From Octopus sinensis (Eukaryota), in assembly GCF_006345805.1 (NCBI RefSeq), contig NC_043002.1:102734001-102798000 (forward strand): a stretch of 64,000 nt of DNA. The letters run 5' to 3'. Position numbers and translations under genes: made by a program. Of the stretch, positions 1 through 13,215 are shown in pieces. Numbering within the stretch: the stretch's first letter is position 1; the number at the start of each line of letters is the position of its first letter. Under the pieces are notes generated by a model that was not told where the DNA came from, made no database searches, and was given only the letters and a program-made list of their open reading frames with translations.

Positions 1-1062
1 CCTTATGGTGCCTTCCACCACCTTTTCTAACTCTCCGTCTCTGTAGAAGAGGACCAATAGTTCCACTTCCTCCGGGTTCGAGGTAGTCAATTTTACCGTT
101 GGCAGCACAGTTATCCCCAACGGTGTCTCTTCCCCTGCTGGTGGCACAACCCCTACCGGCAAGGTTCCGGTACACTCCGGTGCTATGTCACCGACTGCCG
201 GTACTGTCCCGTTTCTCCTCCTTTTCTTGTTATTCTTCCTCTCAACTGAGGGAGGGTGCGTCTCCTTCGTGACCGGGAGATTCACCTCCCCTCCTTCGTC
301 CCCAAGCTCCTTCGGTGAGCACCCATTGTTGCTCACCTTCTTCCTCTTGCGGCCCTTCCCTGAGGAGTCCTCCGTCGCCTCAGCTACCTTCGTTCCCTCT
401 TCTACAGAGGTCACAATTGACTGCTCCAGGACTTTGCTCTGTTCCTGAGGACCGTTTTTCCTTATAAAGCCAGGCTCCAGGAAGTGATGACATCTGGAGG
501 GTGGGGGCGACCCTCAAGTTTCACCGGGTCCCTGCACCCGGCCATTTTCAAAAAATCTGGCATAACTAGATTCATGGATGATTGGGTCTGCAGGGTGAAA
601 ACAGCTTTGACCCAACCCAATAAGCCGCAGGAGGAAGTTTCACGTTGAGGAGCCAGGCTCCGCTGTCACCCAGACGCCGATGGATAGTATCCTCTCTCCA
701 GTGGGGTTCAATTCCGGTTGGCATACCACAGACCCAGGCCATCGTCAATTTTTCCCCACAAAATGTGGGAAGAAACAAAATTTCTTTACCCTCAATGGGC
801 TGGGTCACAAAACTGGGATCCTCCTTTGGGGTGTCAAACAGCAACCACCCCGTTGCATGTTTGACTCCCCTAGAGATATATTTAATGGTTGGCAGATGTT
901 CTGTCAACTCCTGCTCAATCATTTGCTTGGTGAAGATGGTAATGGTGTGGAGAACCTTCTAATATGTTCTCAACACCACCTACCTTTCCTCTTGCTGTTT
1001 GAGCCATTCTTTAGGTGGGATAATCTCACAATCTGCAATCGTATCCGTATTATTTTTGCCAT
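1..1062 (-). mobile_element. L1/Tx1-like LINE ORF1 (gag-like) remnant, frameshifted, runs off the window
   Basis: Minus-strand translation gives VKLEGRP/PSRCHHFLEPGFIRKNGP, a degenerate CX2CX4HX4C knuckle. It is followed by a low-complexity E/K/T/P-rich tail (RKRKK). Pyrimidine-rich 5' leader at 1063-1310. Confidence 0.55.
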
Positions 1063-1949
1063 GTTTTAAATTACAAGTATAAAAGTCCAAAACAATAGTT
1101 CACAAAAAAGGAAAGAGAGAATTCAAAAGAAGAAAAATGGAAAGAAGAAAAAAAGAGAACAGTTCAATTAAAAAGTCACAATAGAAGAAGAAAGCAACAG
1201 CTTAAAAAAAAATGACAGCAAAAAAATCTTCTGGGCATGCAGGTACTCCAATTCGAACCTGTACCACTCCACTTGAAATACAGCTTTCGGATGTAGTTGT
1301 AAAATACACACTATTTAGAAACAGCGAGCGACTTTTGGTGGCAGGTTATGTCACCAAGCTATAGTTCTCACAATGAGAAAACATTTTCACTTCAAGTGAA
1401 CACTTGTTTTCCAATAATGGTAAATGTTGTCGTTGTAAAAACATGCACCGCCAGAAAGTAAAAAAAATGAGAAAAAGATGAGGATTCCCTGTTTGTAAAA
1501 CATATAAGCACAGACAACGATCCTCACTGGATCCAAGAGAAAATTCTTACCTTGCAGCATCTTCTTTTGGCAGGCTAAACACTGCCGGTTATCTTCTTCA
1601 GTGTGCAACACAATGACGCATGCGTACACTGACAACAAGGACTCATGGGAAGTATGAAGGCTACTTGGTAAGCAATCTACATTATTTCATAAAATTTGCC
1701 ATGAAGGCATTACAAAGAGGGGACGAACAAGGACAGACAACCATAAAAAGGTGTAGTAGCTGCTATAACGTTTAAAAATTTATGATGATAAATTCATGAT
1801 AAAATTTTGAAATATCAAATTACTATTTACAAATTATAATTTACAAATTACTAATTACTAATTACCAATTACATGATAACATATTACTCATTGCGATTGC
1901 AGTGACTTCTTTGAAGGAAAGGCATCCGACCACCAGGATAGAACCCTTG

Positions 1950-2480
1950 ATTTCTCTTTCCTTTTCCTTCTTTTGGACTCCACTTAGCTGGTGCCAATCG
2001 CTCCCAACTGCCTTGCCACAGGTTTCCATCTTTTCATGAATCTAACTCGTGACAGGTACCTCTTCTCCAGCCTGATCTTACTACTGAGGTGGTAACTAAA
2101 ATAGTTAACCAACCCCTGGCCGGATACCAAGGTACCTGTCACTAAGCCTCTCACACGCGTCTTCCTTACTGTTTCTACACAGAAAAAGCATGCCTTCCTT
2201 TCCCTGTTAAGAGAAGGAGGCGGCACAATCTCGATGATAGACTCAGCTGATAGCTGTACTCTTCCCATCGATGACAATAGTTGTTCTGTGAAAGCTATCT
2301 ATCCCGTTAATTCCGGACATTCCACAAATGTGTGCAAGACGGTTTCCTTGTCCCGCCATTATCTCGGACATGTCGGCGAGATGGCACTTCCGTGACTTGA
2401 CAGTTCATCAAGAAAAATTAATGCTGCACGGAAACATTGCCAAGCCAGGGATTTCTGGTAATTATCCGGGTATACCGGCC
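1950..2480 (-). mobile_element. L1/Tx1-like LINE ORF2 C-terminal fragment
   Basis: Minus strand reads SPTCPR*WRDKETVLHTFVECPELT (decayed CCHC finger) and continues into ORF 1984-2277. Confidence 0.62.
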
Positions 2481-2545
2481 CGAAATTTCTCCTGAACAGG
2501 TCTATCAACTGATTTTCATAGTAGCCCAGGAAGAAATTGTATTCA

Positions 2546-2747
2546 CCTCAATAGTCGTCATTGATTGGTTGAAATTGCCGAAATGCAAGAAATTAAACAA
2601 CAAATAGCTAACAAACTACAGAATTTTCTCAAGAAAGCCAAGAGAAAAAGATGTTTTCTAAACACATTCAACCAGTATACGAAATTTAAAAGTGTTTAGT
2701 TACAAAGAAATTATTTTACAAATCTGCTGGTCAAAGCGAAAAGATCC
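2546..2747 (+). mobile_element. Partial copy (right half) of the MITE at 4241-4701
   Basis: Aligns with 4502-4701 (gattggttgaaattg...aaagccaagagaaaa...) and ends in the TIR-like ctgctggtcaaagcgaaaagatcc. Confidence 0.75.
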
Positions 2748-3692
2748 AAAACAACTTTCCTTCTTTTCAATTTTTCAACACTAGGTGAGGGTGATATTTT
2801 TATATCCCACCCTCTTCTTTTATTTTTCCAAAAAGCTCGGAGAGCTTTTCCTTTGTTAGTTCGACGTTTTCAGTAGCCACCGCGGTAACTGTGAAAATTT
2901 CATAAATGGCTGTTCCAAATTATTTCGGCCGACATATTCATTTGAAACAAATTTATACACAATTTAATCCCAGAAAATGGGAAACCTATAGTTTTTTACT
3001 TTTTTTCCCCTCTCAACGAGGACAATAGTTCAAATCCCAACCCCGCTGGAGGAGGAGACGTAACAACGTTCGAGAGTACAACGTTCGAAATTAAATTTTT
3101 CACACAATAATAAATTGATTATCCCCTAAACCGGGAAACCTATAATTTTTTTCTTTTAATGAGGATAACAGTTCGAATCCCATCGCCACTGGTGTGGGGG
3201 CGACAATAAAGCCTACAACGGCTTTAATAAGTTCAATATTTCAACTATTCACAACTGCAACAATGGCTTTACACAAACTATTACTTTCTCCCGTCACCGG
3301 GAAAAAGCACAAAAATGTTCAAAGTTCAACAATGTTCAACAGTTCGAAAATGTTCAACAATATACAGTCAACAATTCCAACGGAAAAATTATCCAACGTT
3401 CAACAAAACGTTTGACACACCGCCGAAAAAAATCACTTCTCTCTACGAGACAGATAAGCAAGCTACTTACCACACAGCCGCTTCTCCTATGATAACCTCT
3501 ATTTCTCAGAGATGACGGAGATTGTGTCATCTCCACTCAAACATTCTTAATACACATGTATTGCGTTCACTGTTTTTGTCACTACACACTTCCCTATTCA
3601 CAAACTTTTCTTCCCAGAACCTCGGCTTGCTGCAATTCGAGATCTTTTCATATCTTCTCAATAGGTATTGATTGACAAGAGACCAAGAGGCA

Positions 3693-3749
3693 TCTTAGTG
3701 ACATACACTATTTCTTTATTACCCACAAGGGGCTCTTAGTGACATACAC
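3693..3749 (-). mobile_element. 25-nt SINE 3'-tail insertion with 16-bp TSD
   Basis: TCTTAGTGACATACAC at 3693-3708 and 3734-3749 flanks tatttctttattacccacaaggggc, which matches the SINE tail at 4704-4728. Confidence 0.8.
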
Positions 3750-4240
3750 GTTAACCTGTCCCCGTTGCCCTCGCATTTCGTGCAGATGGTTTGCTTTCCT
3801 AAACCTTTAAAACAATTTCTCTCTCTTTTTCTCCTTCTCTCGCTATCATCACTTTCTTTCTCTCTATATATATTTATATACCTCTGTGCATATCTGTGCG
3901 TGTCTCTGTGTGTGTGATTGAATGCATTTTCGCATTTATTTCCCAGCATGGTGATTTTATAATCACTCGTGTACTACATAATCTCATTTGCCTGCTGCAA
4001 AATTGGAGCATTGTGTCATTATAACAAATCACCATTCTCGAAATAAGCATTGTAAGAAATCATTATTTACGATAGAAACAAAGTGTTAGCAATGTTAAAT
4101 GCAACTGTTCTATGACATCGGTGTCTGAAATCACGAAAGCTTGTCTCTTTTTGACATAGGCGATATAACCTGTTTTCCTTACATCTTTACCATATGTGAG
4201 AATTTTACTCCAATCTAACATATCTATGAATACGTATTTC

Positions 4241-4701
4241 GGATCTTTTCGGTTTGAATGGCAGTTTTTTTTCTAGCGGTGTTATATGAAATTGTCACCC
4301 ATAATTATAACCCTAGTATCGATCTATTGCATTTCAATCTGTTTTAGGGTTAGGGTTAGTTAAGGTTAGTTAGGGTTGGTTAGGGTAAGGGTTAGAGTTA
4401 GGGGTGGGGGGAATGGTATCTTTTTTCTTCACAAATGTAAATAAACGCAATCTGTTTCTTAAACGAGGGACATATTCATACGACACAGAATGATTTTTTT
4501 TCTCAATAGACGTCAGTGATTGGTTGAAATTGCAGAAATTGAAGAAAAAGAACAACTAATATCTTACAAACTATACAATTTTCTCAATAAAGCCAAGAGA
4601 AAAATGTGTTTTATAAACACATTCTACCAGGATACGAAGTTTAAAATTTTTTAGTTACCTAGAAATTATGTTAAAAGCTGCCGTTCAAACCGAAAAGATT
4701 C
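4241..4701. mobile_element. MITE with 24-bp TIRs, 8-bp TSD and internal TTAGGG-like repeats
   Basis: TIRs at 4241-4264 and 4678-4701 match 22/24. Flanks cgtatttc/cctatttc match 7/8. Degenerate TTAGGG array at about 4345-4405. Confidence 0.8.
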
Positions 4702-4937
4702 CCTATTTCTTTACGACCCACAAGGGGCTAAACACAGAGGCGACAAACAAGGACAGACAAACGGATTAAGTCGATTACATCGACCCCAGTGCGTAACTGG
4801 CATTTAATTTATCAACCCCGAAAGGATGAAAGGCAAAGTCGACCTCGGCGGAATTTGAACTCAGAACGTAACGGCAGACGAAATACGCTTACGCATTTCA
4901 CCCGGTGTGCTAACGTTTCTGCCAGCTCGCCGCCTTA
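4702..4937 (-). mobile_element. tRNA-derived SINE, family A (GGCGGCGAGCTGGCAGAA head)
   Basis: A-box-like head, B box GAGTTCAAATTCC and conserved core gtcgactttgcctttcatcctttcgggg. Several other copies in the window. Confidence 0.85.
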
Positions 4938-6744
4938 TAACATATGAATACCTTCTGCCCGCGACTTGCATCCTTGTAGATCTCTACACATTCATTATAT
5001 ATGTTTTTCACTCATCTATAGAGAGATCGTTTTTTGCTGTCGCACGATCTGCCATAATTATCAGTCAAGTACTAAAAATCACTCAATACGAGACTGCAGT
5101 TTCGCAATGTATACACTTAGGATAATGTATTCTGTGACGTTGAATATCTATAACATAGTTCAGGATGAGAAAATTGTTATTCATTTCATCACAGGACCGC
5201 AGGATAATTGCTTATTCAGAATTAATCAAAAGCAATCACGAAAAAATAATAAAAAAGAAAGACGTAAAATGTGAAATATATAAACAAATTGTAATATGTA
5301 AATTGGAACAAAAATTTTCAAGTTGATATAGCGATGGGTATCAATGGACTTTCTTCTCCGGAACAATTTGAATTTCGGATTCTGCAAATCAAAAAGTGAG
5401 GGATGAAAAGTATTGACGTCCCGAGTGTAAAGTGATCACCGAAGTTAAAAGAACAGAGACAAATCATGTAAAAAAAATGAATTTTGGTTTTGTTGTCTCA
5501 TTGACATTCAGCGCAAGTTTATAATTTACAAAATGGCAGACTATAAACAAATAGTAACAGCCATGCATACATATATACGTACACACACACACAACATATA
5601 TATACACATATACATACATACATACAAGCATACGTACGTACTTATGTATATACATATGTGTAATCAGACTTTATCTACAACAGTCTTTTTATATGAGAAA
5701 TATCTGTATTTTATTTCAACATCATGACGTGTTGTGTATTGTTTTATGTTTGCTGCACACTATTTAAGAAAGCCGAACACATTATTGCGACGTTTCTGAA
5801 AATAGATGAGCAGACCGTTAGAAAAAAAAATCGGATATGTTAACCATTAATATCTCTTTTGCAGAGATAAGTCCAACCACAGACGTATCGGCTAGCAAAC
5901 GTCATCTGGAAGATTCGGCAGACGCCACTCCTCTGGGTTATTTGATACGCCATAGTTATCAAATGTAATTATCCAGAAACCAGTTTATTAATCTTTCATC
6001 GACTGATGCAGCAAATTCCGGATTTTCCTTTCGGATATTTATTCATTGACTAATGTGTGCGTATTTATTTATTATTTTTTCAAAAATTGAATTATAATTA
6101 CGGCATAAATTCAGATTATATATCCTCTAGTGAAAGAGTGCATTACTCACTAACAATTAGTCATTGCAAATTATGGTCAGAATACATAACTAAAATAATC
6201 CATAGTCTCCTTATATTTCAAAGTCCCTTTATTCGATTTTGTATGCGGTTTCCTTTGATGTCGATTTAGTAGTGAAAACCGACATATTTTGATTGTTTTT
6301 GTTTTCTTTTCTTTTCGCTTATTCAGATATTGCTTAAAGTACAAACAAATTATTCAACACAAACGAATAAATATTCTCCTGTGTACCGCTAGACACACAC
6401 ATACACACATTCACACACACACACACAAATATGTACTTGTGCGCATACATATATACGTGTGTGTCTGTATGTTCATCTGTGTGTGTGTGTGCGTGTGTGT
6501 GTGTTTGGATGAATAAATGTAGAAAGTAACATGAAAAATAAATATTAAAAGATGAAGAAACACACACACACACACACACGCTTATATATATTTGTGTAGC
6601 TATTTCTAATGAACTAAGTCATTCCAAGTATGTTTGCTTGAAAATATAGATAATTGCATATCATAGCTTAGATATATAAGTTTCATGTGTCTATGTAAGT
6701 ATCCGTCTATGAGCGATATACATACCTACATTCATACACACAGA

Positions 6745-6775
<31 letters not shown>

Positions 6776-6789
6776 GCATGCATACACAT

Positions 6790-7095
6790 CACACCACCGA
6801 CTCTTTTACATGAACTTCCAGCAATGTCATCTACTGCATCTCCCCTCTCTCCCTCTCCTTCACTGTACGTTGGTGAAACGGTACGCCACTTTGCCGACCG
6901 GTTCGCTGAGCACCTCTGAGACATCTGAGTAGGCAATGACACCACGGTCTCACCCCACTTCCGCTCCACCGAGCATTCGCAACAACATCAGTCTGTGTTT
7001 GGATGGTCTTTGCACAAGGGCCACGGGGCCTCAACCGTGCACAAGAATTAATCTTTTCTCTTCATTACTTTGCCTCCCATGGACTTAAATCACCA
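6790..7095 (+). mobile_element. Decayed Penelope-like GIY-YIG endonuclease fragment
   Basis: Reads FT*TSSNVIYCIS...LYVGETVRHFADRFAEHL*DI*VGNDTTVSPHFRSTEHS...GLN-like end, with several stops. Confidence 0.75.
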
Positions 7096-7574
7096 CCTCA
7101 CTTCATCTAACACGAAACCCACACACCTCCCACTTTTAAATATCCCTTCCTTCCACCGCCATAATTGTACACCACTTAATTCAGTACTGTCACAAGTGAC
7201 ACCATTATGCAAACACCCATACACACTGTTCAACTTAGTACTCACACCACACAATTACGCACACACGTACACACTCTCCAATATCGCGACGCACGTCCTT
7301 ATACGAATACCAGTGCACAATGTTCAACTCAGTACCCACACCACACACTGACACACACATTCACATGAACATACACCTTCCCACTCCACTCACACTACCA
7401 CCAAGTACCTGACAACCCCTAACTCTTGTCATCCTAAAGTAGTGGCGGTGGTGGTGTTAGGGGTCATAGATTTATTAATACTACTATTGGTGGTGGTGCT
7501 ATTAGTATTCACATTCGCCTCATCGAATGTATATGCATACATGCATACATACACACACACATATATATAGAGCC

Positions 7575-7900
7575 AAACAAATGCTTCCGGGTTCTGTCCC
7601 ACCCCACAGCATATTGGCCTGACCAAAGCTTTGTTCATGGATTTAGTAGACAGAATGTCTGTGTATATTTGTGTGTGCTTTTGTTTCTACGTTTGTACCC
7701 CACCATCGCTTTACAACCAATGTTGGTGTGTTTACGTCCCCATAAATATAGCAGTTCGGCAAAAGCAAACGATAGAATAAGTACTAGGCTAACAAAGAAT
7801 AATCTCCGGGGTCGATTTCTGCAACTAAAACCATTTAAGGTAGTACTCCAGCATGGTCATAGTCAAATGACTGAAGCAAGTCAAAGAATAAAAGAATAGG
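7575..7900 (+). mobile_element. tRNA-derived SINE, family D (5'-degraded)
   Basis: Body ...gaccaaagctttg...gatagaataagtactaggc...ctccagcatgg...gtcaaatgactgaa...aagaataaaagaata. The same tail occurs at 49585-49715. Confidence 0.7.
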
Positions 7901-7927
7901 CATGCACCTATATATACGTATGTACCT

Positions 7928-7976
<49 letters not shown>

Positions 7977-8559
7977 GGGTGAGAGAAAAACCGATTTAGC
8001 GAGAGACGCTCTGTATGTCAGCAAGAGTTATTTCCTGTTATCGCAACGGAAAGTGATTTGCATGCGCCATTAATACTAAATGCGTGCAACGTTGATGTCT
8101 GCAACTTCGACAAAAGTGTTGCTATTTAGATTAGGTGTTACATTTCTTTTATGCTATATTTGGTAATCCACTGGAAAAGTGTTGAACAGATATTTGCGGT
8201 TAGTTGAATACCAGTGCTCCTTTCACCCTGCACATTACGTTATCTAATTCATGCATGGATGGTATTGAGATTGCAATATTTAAATCCATTAAAACTATAA
8301 AAGTTCCAAGAAGGAAAATCTGCCAAATGTTTGAATATCCCACTCACATCGGACACGAATGTACTGCATACGTAACCCGGTCTGTAAAACATTCATCTCA
8401 TTTGAAATTTGCACCAAAACATCGACTTTGGTGTCTTGAAAACAAGTATCTCTATTGTTGCTTCGTGTACTAGAAATAGGAAATTATTCTGCAAATCATA
8501 ATATTACGAGTTCCCTAAGTTATACCATCTTGAAAATGGTATCAGCTCTATATAGAAAA

Positions 8560-9280
8560 GCACATTATATAAATGATACATGAACTCCTGTTCACGCTTT
8601 CAGTGCAAACACCTTACACCCATTACAATTGTGATTAATTGCTTCAGCCTTCTCAACACAAAACATACAAATTGGCGAGGTTACTGACTTGTCAAGGCTG
8701 AAGTTGTTATAACTCATTCTCACTGCCTCTTGCATTTGAAAGAGATTCAGTTTGAACTTGCAAGTCGCTTTTCCTCATCCATTCCAGACCTTTTCTTTGT
8801 GAACTCTTTCAGGCATTTCCCGCAAGAATTAAAAAAATATTTTTGTTTCATTCAATCTATTTAACTTAACCCTTTCATGAATCTCATCTTTAAATATCAT
8901 GAGAACATTTATGTCTCTATGTCACGATAGATACAGCCCGTCCACATCAATTATGGGGTTTAGAGCCCCTTGTAGTGTCATCATTTTCTAGATCTTTCTA
9001 TCAAATCCTCCACACAACCACACCAACGTTATATCTTAGAGCTACATCAGTCCATGTTTTGACAGCTAGTATCTTATTCCTACCCGTGAACCTTGTCTTT
9101 AACACCAATAACAGTCTCCGGTTATACTCCTTTGAAAGCAGGTCTTTCATTTCCTTTTATTTTATTTCGTCTGTTTCTAGGATGTCTAAGTCCTTACACC
9201 TCTTGTCGTCAATTACCTCCATATCGTGACCGTCTGTTAATATAGTTCCTTGTATTTCATCAATTCCACCAGAAGACACT
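8560..9280 (-). mobile_element. RLE-type (R4/Dong-like) non-LTR retrotransposon fragment A
   Basis: Reads DILETDEIK..SKEYNRRLLLVLK..GRNKILAVKTW..ALRYNVG..GALNPIIDVDGLY, then WMRKSDLQVQTESL and CMFCVEKAEAINHNCNGC (CCHC). Confidence 0.75.
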
Positions 9281-10080
9281 CTGTGGCATTCGTAGGTTGT
9301 CTGCACTAATCTCATGTCCCTAAATCCCGTATCTCTTCTTTGAAAGATACTCTCGGTATCACTATTCTGGTGCAGATTTGAAGTTGATATTAGTCTCTTG
9401 CGGATTTTAATATCTATGGAGCGGATCTTTTCGGCCGACCAGTCACGTATCCCAAATGTTGGAATCAACACTGGTACTGCAAATTCATTGTGGGATATTA
9501 TCTTCTAAGAGAAGAACTCGGACTCTCATACTCTTCTTAGCCTGGTGTAATATTTTTGGGTCACTCTTTCTTTATTCACACTATTTTAGTATGGTATATT
9601 TTCACCAATGTTATACTTGTAACATTATTTGTGTAGGACAGGAGAGATATGAGACCATTGATGAACACGTTTTGTGTCTGGGAGACCCGATTTCCCCCGT
9701 TTACCAATTAAATAAGAACATTTCATCTGACCAAAATCCAATCCTATGTCAGCTGAAAATGTTATTAATTCCAGTTGTGTTTTGACCTTCTTAACATTTT
9801 AGCATAAATACTTGGGCCATCCTCAAAGAAAGTATGGGTTATATTAATATATCTTGAAGTTTTAGACACTAACATCTAGACATTTGTATCTTGTGGCACG
9901 AATCCTAATGGGTTTAACACCAAATTCAACAGAAGTACAGAGAGACTATCTCCCTGGAATATTCCTTTTGAAATATTTATGGCATGGGAGACGATCGTTC
10001 CACCTTCTGTTCTAGGTGTGAGGATTGCGTCCCAAGTCTTTGTGAGCCGCACAATGTCAGCAGTTAAAGTAGTAGGCACC
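9281..10080 (-). mobile_element. RLE-type non-LTR retrotransposon fragment B (RT core)
   Basis: Reads KGIFQGDSLSVLLLNLVLNPL and LIPTFGIRDWSAEKIRSIDIKIRK..NLHQNSD. Confidence 0.75.
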
Positions 10081-10138
10081 TAGTCGCCAAAGGGAGACAC
10101 TTCAGCGGCCATGACTGGGGAATCCTGTCAAAAGTACG

Positions 10139-10214
10139 TATGTATGTATGTATGTATGTATGTATGTATGTATGTATGTATGTATGTATGTATGTATGTA
10201 TGTATGTATGTATG
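10139..10214. repeat. (TATG)n microsatellite
   Basis: Pure tetranucleotide run. Confidence 0.95.
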
Positions 10215-12059
10215 AGAGATGTTATGAATAAATGAATGTGACTCAGCTGTAAAATGAATCTCTAGTATCTATTTCTCTCATTTTGCATTCCGAAAATCAA
10301 ATCCTATGAATATTCACCAAGATTATGCAGAAAAAGTTTCTTTTCTTCAACAAAAAATTCAATCTGTTTATTTATATTTTTTCGTCTTTCCTATTATTAT
10401 CCGTCATCTTGTTTCTTTTTTACATTGAAATATTTAATTTATTCTCATTGCTGTCTCTTCATTACCAAACACATCCTATTATATATGTGTTCTTCGTCGT
10501 CATATTTACATGATACTGTAGTATGGGTCGCGTTTTTTGTAATGTATGAAATAAAATAATTCCATATTTTAATTCACTACAAAAAAATCAAATTTTGCCG
10601 TTCAAATTCTCTGCATATATCAACAGAAGTTATTTTCAGAATGGTTAGATGGCAAATTCTTCATAAATACATAAACAAAGAAAGAAAGAAAGAAAGAAAA
10701 GAAACATAGTGACGTCTCTCACAGACACCGAAAAAAACATTTTTGTTTTTATTCTATAGACTTTCGCAATTGTTGTTGTTTAGCATGAGTGCCATTCGTA
10801 TGTAAAATTAATATGGAAATTTCTGACAATAGTATATGAATATTACAATCAAATCAATAATAAATATAATGTAATATGTGTATTTAGATATCTATTTTGA
10901 CTGCACCATATTAGAAATGTTTGCTGATTTTTAAAATCAATTCTATATTTTTGAAATGTATTTTCTCTGAGTGATTACCAAAACCTTAGATACACTTAGG
11001 GAGTATATTTGTTTGTTGATACAAAGATGACCACTATACAAATGCACAACAAATATTTAGACACTCCAGTTTTAGTCGTTTTCCCTTCGTGAAATTAATG
11101 GCGAAGTTGCTGGTAATTTTGCAAAAATGCAATGAGAGGTTGAATTAATGTGAAAAGAATGTGAGGAAACAGAGCATTTGAAATAGATATTTAAGTGGTA
11201 TACTAAATGTAGAGATATATTTACTGAGCGAAATGTACTAATATGTCGATCTGGAGAAGATGGCAGGAATACCGCAGCAAAAACCAAAGATATTTCTGAC
11301 CGAATTTGAGCAATTAACCGATACGAGACTAAATAAATCATTAAATCCTTTAAAATGTTTCAGCCCGAAGGCTGCGGTCATGCTGGGGCACCACCGCTAA
11401 TAAAATACTTTATTATTTATAATTCATTTCTGCAGCTCTGTTATAATATATAAAGAGGGAACATAAAGTTATATGTTTCTTTACATATATATCTTAAAGC
11501 TACAAAGATACAAATCTTTCGCTAAATTTCACCGCAACGAATTCATAATACTAAAATATTAAGTGATAAGCTTTAATCTTCCTCGTGTAATAGGGTAAGT
11601 TTAAAATAAGGGATTTTATCAACCGATATTACCCGAGTAATTGAGCAAAATTCTCTTTAGTATCGTTTAATAAAATATAAAAAAAAAACAGTAAAGAAAG
11701 AAAGGACATATTGCAGCAAAACCAGTCGATGGAAGATTTGGGCAATTCAGGCAACGCAGTTTGGTATGAATGCGCTTTGAAAGTAAACTGTTGAAAGAAA
11801 CTGAAAGAAACTAACATAAGATGACTCGAATGAAGCATAGCCTTCCCCCAAATAAACAATGTAAGTGAGTGTGGGATGAAAAGTTTATATGATGGCTGTG
11901 ATAGAATGATGTTGGAGCTGTGATATCTTGCATGCATTCATTTCAACTCATATTCATAATCGTTATCTTTCCAAATAAACTGATATCGTAACTAGTCGGG
12001 ACTTGTCTTTAAAATGGACACAGTTTGTCATCTTGGTGTAATCAAGGACCTGCTGAAGT

Positions 12060-13215
12060 TTATATTTCAATATTTTCCCTGTTGCGGTTCACAAACTTCT
12101 TCCATTGGTGTTGCAGTCATTTAATAAAACTGGTGAAGCCTTCATCCAGTTGAGCAAAGAAGTCATCAACTCCAAATATCATAACATCATTGCTGCAATG
12201 CCGGCTTCTAGTTAAGTGTGTGTTTTTTTTGTCGTGGAACAGAGGATATACAAATTGGGCCACAAAAGGAGAACAGATTGGATGATCAGCCACTTCAAAG
12301 CGAAAGACCCGTCCAAAGCCGTTGAAAGTAAGGACTTTTATACTGGAGCATCGGTTTTCCAAGGCGTTTGCTCTTGATAGCGTTCCATAACTGTTTCAGC
12401 AAGATGGCATAATACTCTCCATTCACAGTGTAGTTATTTTGACGATATTCAACACAATACGTTTTGCCTCCCCCTAAACTGAGGCCATCATATTTCCTGC
12501 AGATGAAACGACCCTGGTCTTTTCATGGCAGGTAAAGCACATTGCCGCCTATGAACAGATTGTCTTTGTTTCAAACTCTGGCTCAAAGCAATGAACCCAG
12601 CACTCATCCTGTGTTTGGAAACGTCCAAAGAAAGCAGCTGTATTTGCATCGAATAATGTCGGGTTTTCCTGTGATGTGGTTAGCGTCGTGTGCTTTTTAT
12701 TAGGTGTCAGATGTCGTGGCACTGAGTAGAAGGTTACGTCATGCAAAGTTCATTGTGCTGAACATCCTCAACTCTTCCACAGGACAATCTAATAGATTTA
12801 GGTCTTTGGTTTATAGTCAATCGTCTGTCATTCATCAGCATGTGATGAATACAATGTTTTTCATAGTGGTATGAGGCTTTGAATAATCTCTAAGACCCTC
12901 TCTTCCCCTCCTAGGTGAAGCTGCCCAATTCAGCACTGTTTGAAAAGCTGAAGCGTCGTTGTCTAATGTAGCAAGAAGCCCAGCATGAATGTCCTTGGGG
13001 GCTAAACCCCATTTTCTGCAGGTACTTAATAACACCACTATGCCCAATTTTGTCCACTTTCAAGACAAGTCTCTAATAGGCAATTTTGAAGAATTTAACT
13101 TGAACAGTCGGAAAGGAAACAATACAGTTATTAATAAAAATAAAGCGGGTAAAAGTAATGCATGCAAGCATTCACGGCTCTAACAGCCTATGAACTATTT
13201 CTCCCACCCCGCCTA
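12060..13215 (-). mobile_element. Mariner transposase relic with one TIR
   Basis: Reads KWGLAPKDIHA..LDNDA..VLNWAA (HTH), VPRHLT, TQDECWVH (first D) and HPICSP (HPPYSP-like). TIR-like cagcctatgaactatttctcccaccccgccta at 13184-13215. Many stops and frameshifts. Confidence 0.85.

Noticed and set aside
4345-4405. True or interstitial telomere
   Set aside because: Short, degenerate and enclosed within MITE TIRs.
6811-6813. TGA at a conserved Cys position of a GIY-YIG relic
   Set aside because: The same relic has other TGA stops at Arg-like positions, so this is ordinary decay rather than selenocysteine.
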